Assembly (NCBI GenBank): GCA_947567595.1
Contig: CANOMQ010000001.1
Location: 77,613-141,612 of the forward strand
Origin: an uncultured Lachnospiraceae bacterium
GTDB taxonomy: Bacteria > Bacillota > Clostridia > Lachnospirales > Lachnospiraceae
Direction of reading: 5' to 3'
DNA: 64,000 nucleotides
This document shows positions 63,604 to 64,000 of the stretch, in pieces (the first letter of the stretch is position 1; every line of letters begins with the position of its first letter). Made by a program: the position numbers and the translations under genes. The notes below the pieces were generated by a model that made no database searches, was not told where the DNA came from, and saw only the letters and a program-made list of their open reading frames with translations.

Positions 63604-64000
63604 ATGAAAAACAGCAGAGAGCATAAGGGTACATTCCAAAAAAAGTATTTAATCATACAGCTTATTGCGTTGGCAGTATTGTATGGTGTTATTGCAATCT
63701 TGGTGGAATCAGCAGAGTGGTTTCAGAGGTGGTGGGGAAAAATAAGCTTTGCAACAGTGGTATACCAACTGACAACGCCGCTTAAAGGTACGGAAACCAG
63801 TCTTATTGTTTCCTACTGTCAGGGAGTGATTCCGCTGGCAATCACGCGGCTTGTGCTTGTACTGGGATTTTGGTACGTATTTGTGAGAATTTTCTCTGTA
63901 TTGGATTTGGAAGTCCATGTCAGATTATGGAAAAAGCATTTTACGGTGAAGATGGGGAAAAGCTTCCTAAGATGTGGGCAAGGATTGTTCCTTTTACTGC
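63604..64000 (+). CDS. 5' part of a membrane protein ORF running off the window edge; possibly LtaS/sulfatase-family (phosphoglycerol-transferase-like)
   Basis: This ORF is not in the supplied track. My own translation from ATG 63604 (RBS GAGGTAAAGG) has no stop through position 64000: MKNSREHKGTFQKKYLIIQLIALAVLYGVIAILVESAEWFQRWWGKISFATVVYQLTTPLKGTETSLIV... The 'ISFATVVYQLTTPLKGTE' stretch resembles the N-terminal membrane region of clostridial LTA-synthase-family proteins as I recall them. Confidence 0.4.
   Translation, partial: MKNSREHKGTFQKKYLIIQLIALAVLYGVIAILVESAEWFQRWWGKISFATVVYQLTTPLKGTETSLIVSYCQGVIPLAITRLVLVLGFWYVFVRIFSVLDLEVHVRLWKKHFTVKMGKSFLRCGQGLFLLL

Noticed and set aside
1-64000. 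Screen for CRISPR arrays, tRNA or rRNA genes, IS elements, integrases, prophage genes or known defence-system genes.
   Set aside because: There are no regularly spaced direct repeats and no tRNA-like or rRNA-like segments; intergenic space is very small. No transposase, integrase, recombinase or phage structural motifs appear in any ORF. The only nuclease-fold protein is the Uma2 gene, which alone is not evidence of a mobile element or a defence system.

Overview
The window is almost entirely coding and almost all on the + strand. Ribosome-binding sites (GGAGG type), SigA-like promoters and gene content look like a Firmicutes/Clostridia chromosome, possibly Lachnospiraceae-like; that taxon is a guess. 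All family assignments come from motif recognition by eye, with no search run.

Three blocks are visible.

(A) 1-12.1 kb. The 3' end of a Big_2-repeat surface protein comes first. It is followed by an operon of glycan- or lipid-carrier-modifying genes:
- an AsnB-type amidotransferase
- a polytopic membrane protein
- a UbiA prenyltransferase of the phosphoribosyltransferase-like kind
- a HAD phosphatase
- a secreted SGNH hydrolase
- a second large membrane protein
- a B12-binding radical-SAM enzyme
- a convergent AT3 acyltransferase

(B) 12.3-28.5 kb. This is a roughly 16 kb signal-transduction island containing:
- REC-HD-GYP
- a soluble PAS histidine kinase
- a second REC-HD-GYP whose metal ligands are substituted
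- cheR, cheB, cheY, cheA, cheW and a single MCP
- two soluble hybrid histidine kinases
- a hemerythrin-domain protein with a CheX-like C-terminus
- a stand-alone Hpt protein

(C) 28.6-64 kb. This is a very long, translationally coupled surface-glycan assembly locus. It encodes:
- two GT11 (fucosyltransferase-like) proteins, four GT2, one GT4 and one GT17-like protein
- GT-D/DUF1792 domains and two paralogous uncharacterised transferase-like proteins
- several GT-C-like polytopic proteins and a Wzy-like protein
- an MBOAT with a DltD-like partner, and a second AT3
- two PglK-like ABC exporters
- an fdtB-fdtA-GNAT aminosugar cassette
- a Uma2 endonuclease and a GDPD-like protein
- a truncated LtaS-like ORF at the right edge

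I found no rRNA, tRNA, CRISPR array, transposase, integrase or recognisable phage or defence gene.

The observations most worth follow-up are:
- the Che-type chemosensory pathway, c-di-GMP (HD-GYP) module and phosphorelay embedded inside the glycan locus
- the UbiA/HAD pair plus many GT-C-like proteins, which suggests a lipid-linked pentofuranose donor route
- the duplicated ABC-flippase module architecture with no Wzx in the window
- the sharp compositional mosaic
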